From Candidatus Veblenbacteria bacterium (lineage in GTDB: Bacteria > Patescibacteriota > Patescibacteriia > Veblenbacterales > UBA10138): a stretch of DNA of 64,000 nt. Below, piece after piece: positions 48,054-59,148 of this stretch (position 1 is its first letter; every line of letters begins with the position of its first letter). The position numbers were made by a program, and so were the translations under genes. Where the stretch lies: contig JAUYKG010000016.1 in assembly GCA_030700105.1 (NCBI GenBank), forward strand, positions 2,863-66,862, given 5' to 3'. The notes beneath the pieces are model-generated. The model was given only the letters and a program-made list of their open reading frames with translations. It had not been told where the DNA came from and did not search any database.

Positions 48054-51000
48054 TCACGCTGGAAGAGCCGGCCCTAGACTGCTGGGCCCCAGGAGTTCTT
48101 GGCAGGCCTTCATGAAGGCCGGTGTTACTGCCACCCGGTAGTTGGTAGATACCAGTTTGGCTTGGCCTGTGTGCGTAAGATCAAGTACTACTGGTTGTGT
48201 GCCAGGGAACTGTTGGAGAAGGTGTTGAAGCTCTTTTATAGTGAGGGAGGTTGCCTGCGGCGGTAGGTGAATGACAAGTTCGTCTTCGGCCTGTGTTTGC
48301 TGTCGCGTTGGTGGGGCTGTCCACTGCGCCAGGGATTGTGCTGCGTCGGCCGGGGAGGAGAGGGGTGTAACTGATTGCACGATTACCTTACTTCCCCCAT
48401 CTCGTTTGCTCAGCCGACCGCGTACCGCCACAATGGTATCTGTAGCCAGTTTTCCACGTTCGTCGCGGTAGGTGTTGGGGAAAACAACCAGCTCGGTGCT
48501 ACCTGTGAGGTCCTCCAGACCTATGAAGCACATAGGCTCACCCTTTTTGGTGGTGATGGCTTTCAGTGAGGTAATGAGCCCTGCTACCGTAATCACTGGC
48601 TCACCTGTTAGCTTGTCGAGCTCAATGAGCGGCACCGTAGCGCTACTGAGTGCTTGGGCGTATTCACGAAAAGGGTGTTCGGTAACATAGAGCCCGAGCA
48701 ATTCCCGCTCCCAGCTCAGCCGTTCACGTTGGTTAGTGGGTGGAGTTTCTGGCAGTTTAAGTGCCATTTTGCCAGTTTCAGCGTGTTCACCGAACAAGCT
48801 CGTCTGCTGGGCATCGCGCGCCTGGCTCGCTTTCTTGGCGTGTGCTAAGAGCATATCCATAGCCATGAGTAGTTGGCTCCGCTCGGGGTGTAGGCTATCC
48901 AAGGCCCCGCACTTAATAAGGCTTTCCAGGGATTTTTTGGTGAATTCACGTCTGGCTGTGCGTTCCAGGAAGTTAGTAAGTGAGGTGAACGGGCCGTTGA
49001 TTTTACGCTCCTCGATAATTGCCTCAATCACCTGTGCGCCGAGGTTCTTAATGGCTGTTAAGCCGAAACGAATGCAGGAATCGTTCACCACGGTGAAGGT
49101 AGCCAGGCTCTCGTTTGTGTCGGGCGGCAGTACGGTGATGCTAAGGCGTTTACACTCGGCCACGGCCTGCGCCACGGTATCGAGATCTCCCGATTCAGCC
49201 GTCATGAGCGCGGCCATAAATTCGGTAGGGAAGTTGGCTTTCAGGTAGGCGGTTTGGTAGGCTACGATGCCATAGGAGGCAGCGTGGGCTTTGTTGAATC
49301 CGTAGGCGGCGAATGGTTCAATTAATTCCCAAAGCTTATTGGCCTTGGTTTCAGATAGCCCGCCGACAATGCAGCCGGAAATGAATTTTTCTTTTTGGCG
49401 GGACATCTCGCGGAGGATCTTTTTGCCCATGGCTTTGCGGAGCTTATCCGCTTCTTCCCAGGTGTAGCCCGCCAGCTTGATTGCTATCATTAAGACATCG
49501 TCCTGGTAGGTAATAATTCCGTAGGAATCTTTCAGGATATCCTTAAGCCGAGGGTCGAGGTAGGTGATTGTCTTAGGGTTGTGCTTGCGTTTAATGAAGT
49601 CGGGAATGGAATCCATTGGCCCAGGGCGGAAGAGCGCCACCATGGCCATGACGTCGGTAATGGTGGTTGGTTTGAGCTCCTTAAGGTAACGGGTCATGCC
49701 ACTGCCGCCCAACTGGAACATACCCATAGTCTCTCCTCGCGCCATGAGCTCGAACGTCTTTTTGTCGTTTAAGGGTATAGTGTCGAGATCAATATCCAGA
49801 CCTTTTGTTTTTTTAATGATGTTGATGGCGCTGCCCATGATGGAGAGGTTGCGAATACCCAGGAAGTCCATCTTCACCAGGCCCACATCCTCACACGACC
49901 ACATGTCGTACTGAGTGATAATGTGTTTGCCTTCCGCATCGTACTGGAGCGGCGCATAGTCCGTGAGGGGCGTAGGCGCGATCACGACACCGGCGGCGTG
50001 AATGGAAGCGTGACGCACACATCCCTCCACTTTTTGAGCGAGTATGAGCAGCTCACTAACCTGCGGGTCGGTTTCGGTGAGGTTCTTGAGTTCGGGTGTC
50101 TCTCGCAAAGCGCGTTCAATGGTCATGTGAAAGCCTTGGCTGCCAAAGGGGATGAGCTTAGCCACGCGATCACAGAGTCCGTAGGGTAACCCTAAGGCGC
50201 GACCCACGTCGCGCGCGGCCGCGCGCGCGGCCATGGTGCCGAAGGTGACTATTTGTCCCACCTGGTCTACGCCGTACTTGGCCGTAACGTAGGCAATCAC
50301 CTCATCGCGGCGGTTATCAGCAAAGTCCATGTCGATATCGGGTGGTGAGGGTCGGTGCGGATTCAAGAACCGTTCGAACGGCAGCTGGTAGGTGAGTGGG
50401 TTCACAGTGGTAATACCAATGAGGTAGGAAACGAGTGATCCGGCCGCTGAGCCGCGGGTGGTCGCTATGATGCGTTGAGCCCTGGCCCAGTTCACGAAAT
50501 CAGCCACCACCAAGAAGTAGCTGGCGTAGCCTTTCTTGGTAATAATGTCCATTTCGTATTCTAATCGTTCTCGTATCTCCTCGCTCACCCCATTAGAGAA
50601 ATGGTCAGCCAGCCCCCGTTCGGCTTGTAATCGCAGGTACGCTTCGGGTGTTTCGCCCTGAGGGGTGGGGAAGCTTGGGAAAAAGCGCTGCCCTAAAGGC
50701 AGCTCCACGTTCAGCTTGTCCGCTAATTCACCCGATTGCTCTATGGCGTCCATGAAGTCGGGTAGCTCTTGCCGCATGACCGCCTCCGTCTTGAGAGAAG
50801 TGTCTAAGCCGCGCATATCAAGACGTTTATCGTCCGTTACCTTTTTGCCGGTTTGTATGCAAACCAGGATATCCTGCGCCTCTTTGTCCGAACTCTCTAA
50901 GTAGTGGCTGTCGTTTGTGGCCACCAGCGGCAGGCTTAGCTCCTTGCCGAGGCGTCGTAGAGCCTGGTTGAGTTCGCCTTGCGCCTCAAGCTCGGGGTGG

Positions 51001-51527
51001 GCTTGTACCTCAAGGTAGAAATTACCTTCGCCGAAGGTGGAGAGGTACCATTGGCTAAGCTCGCGCGCACGCGCTTCATCACCCGTCCGCAGAGCTTGAG
51101 GAATCTCACCTTTTAGGCAGCTCGATAGTGCCACCAGGCCATCGTGGTACTTCAAGAGCGCCTCGTGGTCTACGCGGGGTTTGTAGTAAAAGCCCTGTAG
51201 GTGCGCTAGTGTTACCAGGCGGATGAGGTTGCGGTATCCTTCCAGCGAATACGCTAATAGCACGAGGTGGTGGGCAGCATCGTCCAGCTTGGATTGTTTG
51301 TCCGTGAGCTTACGCGGGGCCACGTAGGTTTCCACACCCAATATTGGCTTAAGCTCTTGGCTGCGGCACTCTTTGTAAAACTCCACTATGCCGTACATGG
51401 CGCCATGGTCGGTGAGCGCCAACGATTGGAAACCCTTGGCCTTGGCGCTCTGTACCAGGTCGGGTATCTTGGGCAGACCATCCAAGAGTGAGTAGTGGCT
51501 ATGTACGTGGAGATGTGTAAAAGACAT
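48054..51527 (-). CDS. dnaE: DNA polymerase III alpha subunit (DnaE-type).
   Basis: PHP domain '[16 protein letters not shown]' and the pol core '...[28 protein letters not shown]'. Start taken at the 'MSFTHL' ATG. Confidence 0.9.
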   Translation of the reverse strand: [1157 protein letters not shown]

Positions 51528-51752
51528 ACTTTGGTGCGGCCGATGAATGAACACTTGCCCTGCACTGACGGAGCGTGGTGAAGTTTGGTTCGGATTGTAG
51601 GTGTGTGAATTTCGGCATAGGTACTGCGACCCAATTGTACCACAATGGTGCTACAATTGAGCCGCTCATGAATGTATGGCGTGGTTGGTTAGGTAGGTAC
51701 GAAAGAAGCCCCGCTGGGGCTTCTTTCAAGTTAAGACATCCAGGCGCTCCCC

Positions 51753-52046
51753 TTACTTCTTTTTCCGGCTACCGTTGGCGCGCTTGTTGATGAGATACTG
51801 CACCAACTCCTTGGCGCCAGTGGCCAGAATTGAAAGGTAGGAAGTAGAGCTTTCTAATTTTGCCTTGGCTACGTTTACAAAGTCGCCTACTTTGCGCATA
51901 CTCTCCTCAACCCCTTCCAGAATTTTTACCACGCGGCGGACGATGAGTAGAAAGTAGACTAGCATCCACCCCATGAGAAAGGCTAGGCCAAAAATCGAAA
52001 CGGCTAAGGAGAGGTTGAGAATGTCTTTACTGGTTTCTAGGTACAT
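51753..52046 (-). CDS. Small membrane protein (hypothetical, DUF948-like architecture).
   Basis: 97 aa with an N-terminal TM 'LAVSIFGLAFLMGWMLVYFLLIV', then a helical segment and a basic tail. Confidence 0.4.
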   Translation of the reverse strand: MYLETSKDILNLSLAVSIFGLAFLMGWMLVYFLLIVRRVVKILEGVEESMRKVGDFVNVAKAKLESSTSYLSILATGAKELVQYLINKRANGSRKKK

Positions 52047-52233
52047 ATGGTAGGCGGGTTAAGGATGTTCTTAAGTATACCATTAGCCGTGGCTCCAGGG
52101 GAGGGGAGTGTGGTAGAATGGGGAAAGTTAAGGGTGAAGAGTTAAGGGTAAGAGGTTGGTCCGGGTGGTTATTTTCTAATCCGAGCTTTAGCCTGGTAGC
52201 TCTTACTCTACGCTCTTACTCTAAACTTTTTCT

Positions 52234-53061
52234 ATGCCAGACGGGATTTCTGACAAGCAGCTTAAGTGGGGGTACTGGTGGGTGCTCCATCGTGAGCTCG
52301 TGCGCCACATAGTGGAGGTGGGTCTGGGTATTGTGGCCCTGGCGCTCTGTGGGTATGCGCTCTGGCAGGTGACTGATTGGTTGGCCAACCGGCGGGCGGA
52401 GGAGGACGCCCTGCGCCAGATCGTGAATCGAGAAATAAACATAGAGGAGTATCGTCGGACCAATACGCCGCTGGCGCTGGAAATCGGCACAGTAACGGCA
52501 GTGCCGATCGCGCGAGGGCTTTATGATTTGGTAGCAGAGGTGAAGAATCCCAACTTGAAGTGGGCCATGCGCGATGTGCCTTTTACCTTTACCGCCGACG
52601 GCCAGAGCGTACAGGGCAGCACATTCTTTTTGCCTTTGGAAAGTAAGTATGTGGCTAAGCTGGGTGTGCCACTTCGGGTACAGCCGCGGCAGGTGTCGTT
52701 GAGCTTTGATAAAGTGAGCTGGCAAAGGATTCGTGACCTTTCTACCCTTTCCTTGCCCTCGTTCAATGTGCTTAACCAATCAATCGAGCAGGTAACCCCC
52801 GCCGATGCTGGCGGGCCAACCGCTACGCGCTTGAGGTTCGGCCTGGAGAACACCAGCCCGTTCAGTTTCTGGCAGGTAGGGGTGACAGTCGTCTTAACTA
52901 AGTCCGGCAGTGTACAAGCGGTGGGGCAGCAGGTGTTGTCCGATGTTACCAGTCAAAGCACGAGAGAGGTGGAGTTCTATTGGTCCGAGACTATTATTAC
53001 CGCCGACAACCTGGTGGTGCGGCCGGAAGTGAACGTGCTGGATGCTCGGGTTTTGAAATAG
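52234..53061 (+). CDS. Hypothetical membrane-anchored protein (275 aa).
   Basis: TM 'VEVGLGIVALALCGYALW' near the N-terminus. Immediately upstream of ftsW/rodA. Confidence 0.45.
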   Translation: MPDGISDKQLKWGYWWVLHRELVRHIVEVGLGIVALALCGYALWQVTDWLANRRAEEDALRQIVNREINIEEYRRTNTPLALEIGTVTAVPIARGLYDLVAEVKNPNLKWAMRDVPFTFTADGQSVQGSTFFLPLESKYVAKLGVPLRVQPRQVSLSFDKVSWQRIRDLSTLSLPSFNVLNQSIEQVTPADAGGPTATRLRFGLENTSPFSFWQVGVTVVLTKSGSVQAVGQQVLSDVTSQSTREVEFYWSETIITADNLVVRPEVNVLDARVLK

Positions 53062-53063
53062 GT

Positions 53064-54194
53064 ATGTGGCAGAAGCTGCGGGTGGTATGGCAGAGCTGGG
53101 ACGTGCTGCTCTTATTGTTCACGTTACTCTTGCTGGTGGTGGGCTTGGCCGAGCTCTATTCCAGTTCGTTGTCGCGGCCGGAATTGTCACCGCTTTTTTC
53201 GCGCCAACTGGCCGCCGCCGCCCTAGGGCTCGGGGCTATGTTATTGGCCTCGTTGGCTGATTACCGGTTGTACCGCTCGTGGTCCAAGCTTATTTACGTG
53301 GTGGCGGTAGCGCTGCTCGTGGTCGTGTTAGTGTTCGGGCAAACCTTGCGTGGCACTACGGGTTGGTTGCGGTGGGGTGAGGCAGGTTTTCAGCCTGTTG
53401 AGCTCGTGAAATACCTTTGGGTGATAGCACTGGCGAGTTATCTAGCCTACGTGGGTTCGCCTCTTACGGCCCCAAAAACCGTCGTTACCACCGTTCTGTT
53501 GCTGCCACTATTGGGTTTGGTGTTGGCTCAGCCCGACTTTGGTTCCGGATTTTTGCTCTTGGTAGTGTGGGCAGTTTTGTTAGGTGTTGTGCCAAAGCCG
53601 AGGCGCTGGTGGGTGATTATGGGAGGTTTGGTACTGGTGGTCGGGGTGATAGGTAGTCTGTTCTTGCGCAGTTATCAGCAAGAACGCCTCTTAACATTCT
53701 TTGACCCCCACCGTGATCCTTTGGGCAGCGGCTACAACGTCACCCAGTCGGTGGTAGCCGTTGGTTCAGGGGGGTGGTGGGGGAGAGGCTTGGGGTTAGG
53801 TACCCAGAGCCAACTCAAGTTCTTGCCAGAACAACACACTGACTTTGTTTTTGCTTCTTTGGCCGAAGAGCTTGGTTTGGTGGGCAGCCTGCTCGTTTTG
53901 GCTCTCTGGGTTGGTTGGTTTAGCCGGGTGTTAAAACTCATTCGTCGCTTACGGGACGATTTTGCCGTCTTGGTGGCTGTTGGCATTTTGAGTTTATTTG
54001 CCGTTCAGGTGGTTCTTAATATTGGCATGAACCTCGGCGTAGCTCCTGTGGTCGGTATTACCTTGCCCTTCGTGAGCTACGGCGGGTCCTCGCTCATCGT
54101 GAGCTTGGCGGCGGTCGGTATCCTCCAGAATATGATGAGACAGTACGGCTGGCAGGCCCCAGCTGCGGAGGGGCGACAGAGGACGCGAAGTTGA
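53064..54194 (+). CDS. ftsW: SEDS-family peptidoglycan glycosyltransferase (FtsW/RodA).
   Basis: About 10 TM segments. The periplasmic loop carries 'GWLRWGEAGFQPVELVK'. The FtsW/RodA C-terminal block 'KFLPEQHTDFVFASLAEELGLVGS' and 'GITLPFVSYGGSSL' is present. Confidence 0.8.
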   Translation: MWQKLRVVWQSWDVLLLLFTLLLLVVGLAELYSSSLSRPELSPLFSRQLAAAALGLGAMLLASLADYRLYRSWSKLIYVVAVALLVVVLVFGQTLRGTTGWLRWGEAGFQPVELVKYLWVIALASYLAYVGSPLTAPKTVVTTVLLLPLLGLVLAQPDFGSGFLLLVVWAVLLGVVPKPRRWWVIMGGLVLVVGVIGSLFLRSYQQERLLTFFDPHRDPLGSGYNVTQSVVAVGSGGWWGRGLGLGTQSQLKFLPEQHTDFVFASLAEELGLVGSLLVLALWVGWFSRVLKLIRRLRDDFAVLVAVGILSLFAVQVVLNIGMNLGVAPVVGITLPFVSYGGSSLIVSLAAVGILQNMMRQYGWQAPAAEGRQRTRS

Positions 54195-54280
54195 CAATGA
54201 GGCTGCCTCGTGCTAAAGTATGAATAGTGAATTATAGAAGAATTGATTTGTTGAATTTTGGTTACTTGGTGAATCGTACT

Positions 54281-54643
54281 ATGCAACCTAAGAACAAGAA
54301 GAATCCACACCACCTTTCGGGAGACGCCCTGCGGCTTATTTCGTACTGCCCGCTGTGCGAGTCTTCGTATAATCCGTTGCGGGCCCGGGTGTTGGAAGAG
54401 CGCGAAGACGCGCATCTGTTGCACATCCAGTGCGCCAGCTGTGGCAGTTCCGTGGTGGCGCTCCTTTTCACGTCGGCTGCTGGCCCTACCTCAATTGGCT
54501 TGGTGACAGATCTCACGAGCGACGATGTACTTCGTTTTAAGGATCAAGCGGTAATTACTACCGATGAGGTTATGGCCCTGCATCAGTTCTTATTCCCTTT
54601 GAGCGCGCCGCCGACCGGACTAACAGGAGCTCTAGTGGTATGA
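54281..54643 (+). CDS. Hypothetical zinc-ribbon protein.
   Basis: 'YCPLCES...CASCGS' forms two CxxC pairs. Start taken at 'MQPKNKK'; the ORF track starts at 54227. Confidence 0.4.
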   Translation: MQPKNKKNPHHLSGDALRLISYCPLCESSYNPLRARVLEEREDAHLLHIQCASCGSSVVALLFTSAAGPTSIGLVTDLTSDDVLRFKDQAVITTDEVMALHQFLFPLSAPPTGLTGALVV

Positions 54644-55350
54644 GTACATTAACGGTTACTTCACGCCGGCCCCAGGGTAAGGGGACGAGGGTTTTACGGC
54701 GCCAAGGGGGAATTCCTGGCGTCGTGTATGGGCATGGCGTAGCCAGTCAAACGGTTGCGGTGGATGCTAAGGCTTTTGGTAAGGTGTATCGCCAAGTTGG
54801 TGAGACCACCTTGCTTGATTTGGTGGTAGATAGCAATCCGCCCGTGAAGGTATTAGTGCAGGAGGTGCAGCTTGACCCGTTGAGCGAAGCGGTTCAGCAC
54901 GTGGATTTTCACCAGATACGCATGGACGAAAAGCTTGAGGTTGATATCCCATTGAAATTCGTAGGTGAAGCGCCAGCTGTTAAAGAGCTGGGTGGTACGC
55001 TGGTACGCGCCGTGAACGAAATTAAAGTACGTTGCTTGCCACAGCACCTGGTGCATGAAATCGAGGTGAACATAGGTTCACTAGCTCAGCTGAATGATGT
55101 TATTACCTTGGGGCAGGTAACTTTGCCTACTGGTCTAGAGGTGTTGTCGCCGGGAGCAGATGAGGTGATAGCCACAGCTATTCCACCGCGGAGCGAGGCA
55201 GAACTGGCTGAGCTTAAGGCTGACGTAAAAGAAGACGTGTCGGTGGTGGCAGTGGAGGAGAAAGGTAAGGAAGAAGCTGGTGCGGTAGGAGCGGAAACTA
55301 CTGCGGCGCCGCCCGCCGAACCGTCCCATAAGGACAAGAGTAAGAAATAG
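54640..55350 (+). CDS. rplY: 50S ribosomal protein L25 (long general-stress Ctc form).
   Basis: 'RRPQGKGTRVLRRQGGIPGVVYGHG', plus a C-terminal acidic extension. Confidence 0.85.
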   Translation: MSTLTVTSRRPQGKGTRVLRRQGGIPGVVYGHGVASQTVAVDAKAFGKVYRQVGETTLLDLVVDSNPPVKVLVQEVQLDPLSEAVQHVDFHQIRMDEKLEVDIPLKFVGEAPAVKELGGTLVRAVNEIKVRCLPQHLVHEIEVNIGSLAQLNDVITLGQVTLPTGLEVLSPGADEVIATAIPPRSEAELAELKADVKEDVSVVAVEEKGKEEAGAVGAETTAAPPAEPSHKDKSKK

Positions 55351-55377
55351 ACATTTTTACCAAGCAAGTAATAAAAT

Positions 55378-55416
55378 AAGCCGGCTCTGTGAGTACAACA
55401 GACCGGCTTATTTAGT
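55378..55416. terminator. Intrinsic (bidirectional) terminator after rplY.
   Basis: Stem AAGCCGGCTCTG / CAGACCGGCTT followed by ATTTAGTTT. Confidence 0.55.
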
Positions 55417-55439
55417 TTACGGAGAACATAGGCTCACCT

Positions 55440-55727
55440 TTAGTTTATGGGTTGGGTAAATATAGTTTTTTTAGTGTTAGTCTGGCCGTTAGCCAGCTCC
55501 CATGAGTTCTTACTGGTAATTATTATCTCACCATTAGTCGTAGAGAGTTTAACTGCAGGTTCACCCCCGTTAAGTATTAGTTCCAGGCTGATGATTTCAA
55601 CAGCCATTTTTTGGTGGCAGTTCTGCAAAATTGCCCGAAGGGGAAAGTTTTCGACATTTTGTCCGTACTCTTTCACCACATATTCCCACTGACTATAGAC
55701 ATCCGCAAACATATCTAGCTTTTTCAT
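55440..55727 (-). CDS. Hypothetical small protein (95 aa, low GC).
   Basis: The ORF has an AT-rich upstream region. No recognisable motif. Confidence 0.35.
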   Translation of the reverse strand: MKKLDMFADVYSQWEYVVKEYGQNVENFPLRAILQNCHQKMAVEIISLELILNGGEPAVKLSTTNGEIIITSKNSWELANGQTNTKKTIFTQPIN

Positions 55728-55898
55728 TAGGTTCTCCTTTTAAGGAATTTTGTTTGTTTTATAGCCTCAACCCGAGGCTTATACCAGTGTACTTGAAAAT
55801 TTACTAGGCGTAGCGTGGATAAGCTGTGTATTTTACTGGATTAGGCTAAAAATAGCGCCGCATAAGCGTCGCCTTATGAATTAATTGAAGACGATTGT

Positions 55899-56759
55899 TT
55901 AATTTTCTAATTTTACCACCACTACACGCTTGAGTCCCTTTAGGTCTAGCTGTAAGGTTAGCTGAGCTCGGGGCCAAGCTTGGCGTAACAGTTCGTTAAT
56001 CGCCAGTGCCGTTGGCGGATGAAGCTCTAGTATTAGACAGCGTGGTAAACTAATAGGTGGAAGGGTCATTAGCTGCTCAATGAGTAAGCGATAGTATTTG
56101 AGGCCGTCCGAACTTCCATCAAGCGCGTCGCGCGGTTCAGATGTAAGCTCTCCTTTTATCTCGTCAGTGGTGAGGTAGGGGAGATTGGCAAGTAGCAGCG
56201 AGTTTGAGAGCAGGGGGTAGGGAGTAGCCAGTAGGGGTTTTATAAGGTTACCGCGGAGGAATGTAATGCGCGTGTCAACGCCGTAATGTGTGGCGTTTTT
56301 TTTTGCTACCGCAAGGGCAGGCGCGGAAGTATCGGTTGCCAGTACTTTTAGGTGTGGCAGTTCAAGAGCCAGTGTTATCGCGATACAACCCGAACCTGTG
56401 CCAACATCGATAATGGTAGCTATGGAACCATTCGCGTGAATAGTTCCTAAAGCTGCCTCTATCATTAATTCCGTTTCTGGTCGGGGAGTGAGCACATAGC
56501 GGTTTACATAGAACGAGCGGCCGTAGAATTCTTTCTCGTGCGTGAGGTAGGCAACTGGGATGCCGCTCCACCGCCGGTGTATGAGCCAGCGGAACCGCCA
56601 GCCGCGTAGGAGTGGTAGTGGTTCCTCTAGGTGTGCCAGTAGCTCACTACGGTTACAGCCGCAGGCGTAGGCTAAGAGCACCTCGGCATCAAGCGCCGGC
56701 GAGGGGCTGGGGGCCGATAGTAAAGCGCTACCATGAGAGAGCGCTTGAGCCCTGGTCAT
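55899..56759 (-). CDS. prmC: Release factor glutamine methyltransferase (PrmC/HemK).
   Basis: SAM-binding '[16 protein letters not shown]' and the 'LLANLPY' (NPPY-like) motif. The start overlaps the prfA end. Confidence 0.8.
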   Translation of the reverse strand: MTRAQALSHGSALLSAPSPSPALDAEVLLAYACGCNRSELLAHLEEPLPLLRGWRFRWLIHRRWSGIPVAYLTHEKEFYGRSFYVNRYVLTPRPETELMIEAALGTIHANGSIATIIDVGTGSGCIAITLALELPHLKVLATDTSAPALAVAKKNATHYGVDTRITFLRGNLIKPLLATPYPLLSNSLLLANLPYLTTDEIKGELTSEPRDALDGSSDGLKYYRLLIEQLMTLPPISLPRCLILELHPPTALAINELLRQAWPRAQLTLQLDLKGLKRVVVVKLEN

Positions 56760-57808
56760 TGGTCGGCGGCGTTCTTGAGCGCCTGGATAATCGGTTCCAG
56801 GTCACCCTCCAGTATGCCGGGCAGGTTGTGCCAGTTTTGCTTAATACGGTGGTCGGTCAGCCTGTCCTGGGGAAAGTTATAGGTGCGGATTTTTTCGCTC
56901 CGTTCGCCTGTGCCAATCTGCCCGCGCCTCGCCAAATCCCGCTCCTGGTGTCGTTTGGCTTGCTCCAGTGCGAACAAGCGCGAACGCAATACTGCCAACG
57001 CTTTTTCCCTATTTTGCTTTTGTGAGCGCTCGTCCTGGCAGATTACCGTGAGGCCGGTGGGCAGGTGGACTATGCGAATGGCCGAATAGGTGGTGTTCAC
57101 ACTCTGACCGCCGTGCCCTGAGGAAGTAGTGGCTTCTATCTTAAGCTCCTCGGGTTTTAACACTACATCCACTTCGTCGGCCTCGGGCAGCACTGCCACG
57201 GTAATTGTGGATGTGTGCACGCGGCCGCTTTTTTCCGTAACCGGTATGCGTTGTACGCGGTGCACGCCACTCTCATACTTAAGGTGGGAGAACACGCGTT
57301 GGCCGGTGATTTCAAAAATGATTTCCTTGTAGCCCCCGAGTGTGTTGCGGCTCTCGGATAGTACTTGTACGCGCCAGCCCTTGCCTTCGGAAAAGCGGGC
57401 ATACATACGGTAGAGATCGGCTGCGAACATGGCAGCCTCGTCCCCGCCGGTGCCGGCGCGGATTTCAACAATAGTGTTCTTGGCGTCTACGGGGTCCGCT
57501 GGTTCCAGCAGTTCTTTAAGCTCCGCCTCCAGAGCAGTTTGTTCTTTTGTGAGTTTACCAAGTTCTTCCTGGGTGAGTTGTCTAAGCTCCAAATCGTTTT
57601 CGGTGCGGAGCGAGGTTTCAAGTTCGGTCACCTGTTTTCTTAGGGCAGTACACCGCTCGGCGAGTTCAACCATAATTCGTAGTTCGGCATGCCGCTGGTT
57701 GAGTTTCTTGAGTGCGGTCTGATTACTGAACACGGCAGTATCCTGGAGCTGCTGCTCCAGTTCCATGAGTTCTCGGCGCAAGGTTGTGAGCTGGCTCAAG
57801 ACATCCAT
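56756..57808 (-). CDS. prfA: Peptide chain release factor 1.
   Basis: The 'GGQ' motif in '[12 protein letters not shown]' and the 'PVT' tripeptide in '[15 protein letters not shown]' (RF1-type PxT). Confidence 0.9.
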   Translation of the reverse strand: MDVLSQLTTLRRELMELEQQLQDTAVFSNQTALKKLNQRHAELRIMVELAERCTALRKQVTELETSLRTENDLELRQLTQEELGKLTKEQTALEAELKELLEPADPVDAKNTIVEIRAGTGGDEAAMFAADLYRMYARFSEGKGWRVQVLSESRNTLGGYKEIIFEITGQRVFSHLKYESGVHRVQRIPVTEKSGRVHTSTITVAVLPEADEVDVVLKPEELKIEATTSSGHGGQSVNTTYSAIRIVHLPTGLTVICQDERSQKQNREKALAVLRSRLFALEQAKRHQERDLARRGQIGTGERSEKIRTYNFPQDRLTDHRIKQNWHNLPGILEGDLEPIIQALKNAADQ

Positions 57809-57875
57809 AGGGTGTAGTGTACCACCGCAATAACAAACCCGCCCGCTTAAGAAGGGGCGGGTGTAAATGTAATAT

Positions 57876-58124
57876 CTAACTGGCGTTCGCCTTGGTCTTG
57901 AGCTTGCGCCCTGTCACGGACTGGCTGCGCTCCGCGCGGCGCTTAAAGCGGTCCACCCGACCAGCTGAATCCATGAGCTTCTGTTTGCCGGTAAAGAAGG
58001 GGTGGCAGGCGGAGCATATTTCCACGCGCATGTCTTGAACAGTGGAGCCAACGTTAAAGCTATTGCCGCAGGCACAGGTAACCGTAGCTTTGGGGTAGTA
58101 GGTAGGGTGGGTATTGGCTTTCAT
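57876..58124 (-). CDS. rpmE: 50S ribosomal protein L31.
   Basis: '[23 protein letters not shown]...[13 protein letters not shown]'. Confidence 0.9.
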   Translation of the reverse strand: MKANTHPTYYPKATVTCACGNSFNVGSTVQDMRVEICSACHPFFTGKQKLMDSAGRVDRFKRRAERSQSVTGRKLKTKANAS

Positions 58125-58247
58125 AGCGGAAATATCGTAGCACGGGTTATCCGCCTTGACAAGGGCCTTCCTCAGGCGTAGCTAAGTCAGCTATCCTAAA
58201 GGTAATAAATCAAATATAGTTTCTTAAAAAAGTTACGGGAGGGTAAT

Positions 58248-58934
58248 ATGATTGATCGTTTAGTTATCATTTTGGTGCCGCCGTTGCTATATATTGCCCG
58301 ACGCATGGTGGTGTGGGGAAAGTACAAACGCCAGGGCGCTGTGGTGCCTTGTCGTAATTTCCCTATTAAGGGCTTATCGGGGTTATCGCTTAAGGACAGC
58401 AAAGACCCTGATGCTTGGCGCATTTTGCTTTACTCCGTTCTGAGTTACTTTTATGTAACTCAAGGGAATGGAGTATCAACCATCGCCTTCGTTGGACTTA
58501 TATTCTACTTCGTCGGCTGGTTGGTCGCCTCTTGGGGGCGTGTAAGCTTAGGAGTTTCCTGGGCTGATATTATGGAAGAAACTATCAGTCCGATGCCGCT
58601 AGTAAATAGTGGCGCTTACCGCTATAGTCGTAATCCTATTTATCTGGGGTTGAGCATCATCTCAGTAGCCGAAGGGGTAATTTTTAGTTCCGATTTACAC
58701 AATCGGCTTATTGGAGAAAATCTCACGATTATTGGTATTCTATATGGACTCTCCTACGTTTTATACTGGGTGTCTGTTTACTATCTATTAAGAGACTACC
58801 ACCATGAAGCGATAGCTGAGGAGTACATACTCCAGAGGCGTTACGGTACCCATTACTTGAGGTATTTGGAATGCGTGCCGCGCTACCTTTTATCTACACC
58901 AAAAAGAAGTGCCGCAAAAGATATAGCTACCTAA
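58248..58934 (+). CDS. Membrane methyltransferase-family protein (ICMT/PEMT-like).
   Basis: Polytopic protein with 'GAYRYSRNPIYLGLSI' (an RHPxY-like motif) and a C-terminal 'EEYILQRRYGTHYLRY'. Confidence 0.45.
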   Translation: MIDRLVIILVPPLLYIARRMVVWGKYKRQGAVVPCRNFPIKGLSGLSLKDSKDPDAWRILLYSVLSYFYVTQGNGVSTIAFVGLIFYFVGWLVASWGRVSLGVSWADIMEETISPMPLVNSGAYRYSRNPIYLGLSIISVAEGVIFSSDLHNRLIGENLTIIGILYGLSYVLYWVSVYYLLRDYHHEAIAEEYILQRRYGTHYLRYLECVPRYLLSTPKRSAAKDIAT

Positions 58935-59148
58935 AATTATTCGTAGCCGCTTACTCTAGGAGTAGGCGGCTCTTCTTTATATTTACCCCTTGCTATAATT
59001 TTGGCTTTCCCTTATACTACCCTCGCTTAATCAACCATGCCTTTTTAGGGCTGTTCCTTGTCCCGCCGTGGCGGGATCCCTCAGCCGGATAAACTGGAAA
59101 GGCAGTAGGCCTGGTGAATACGCCGGGCGTAAAGGAGACAGTTTTTTT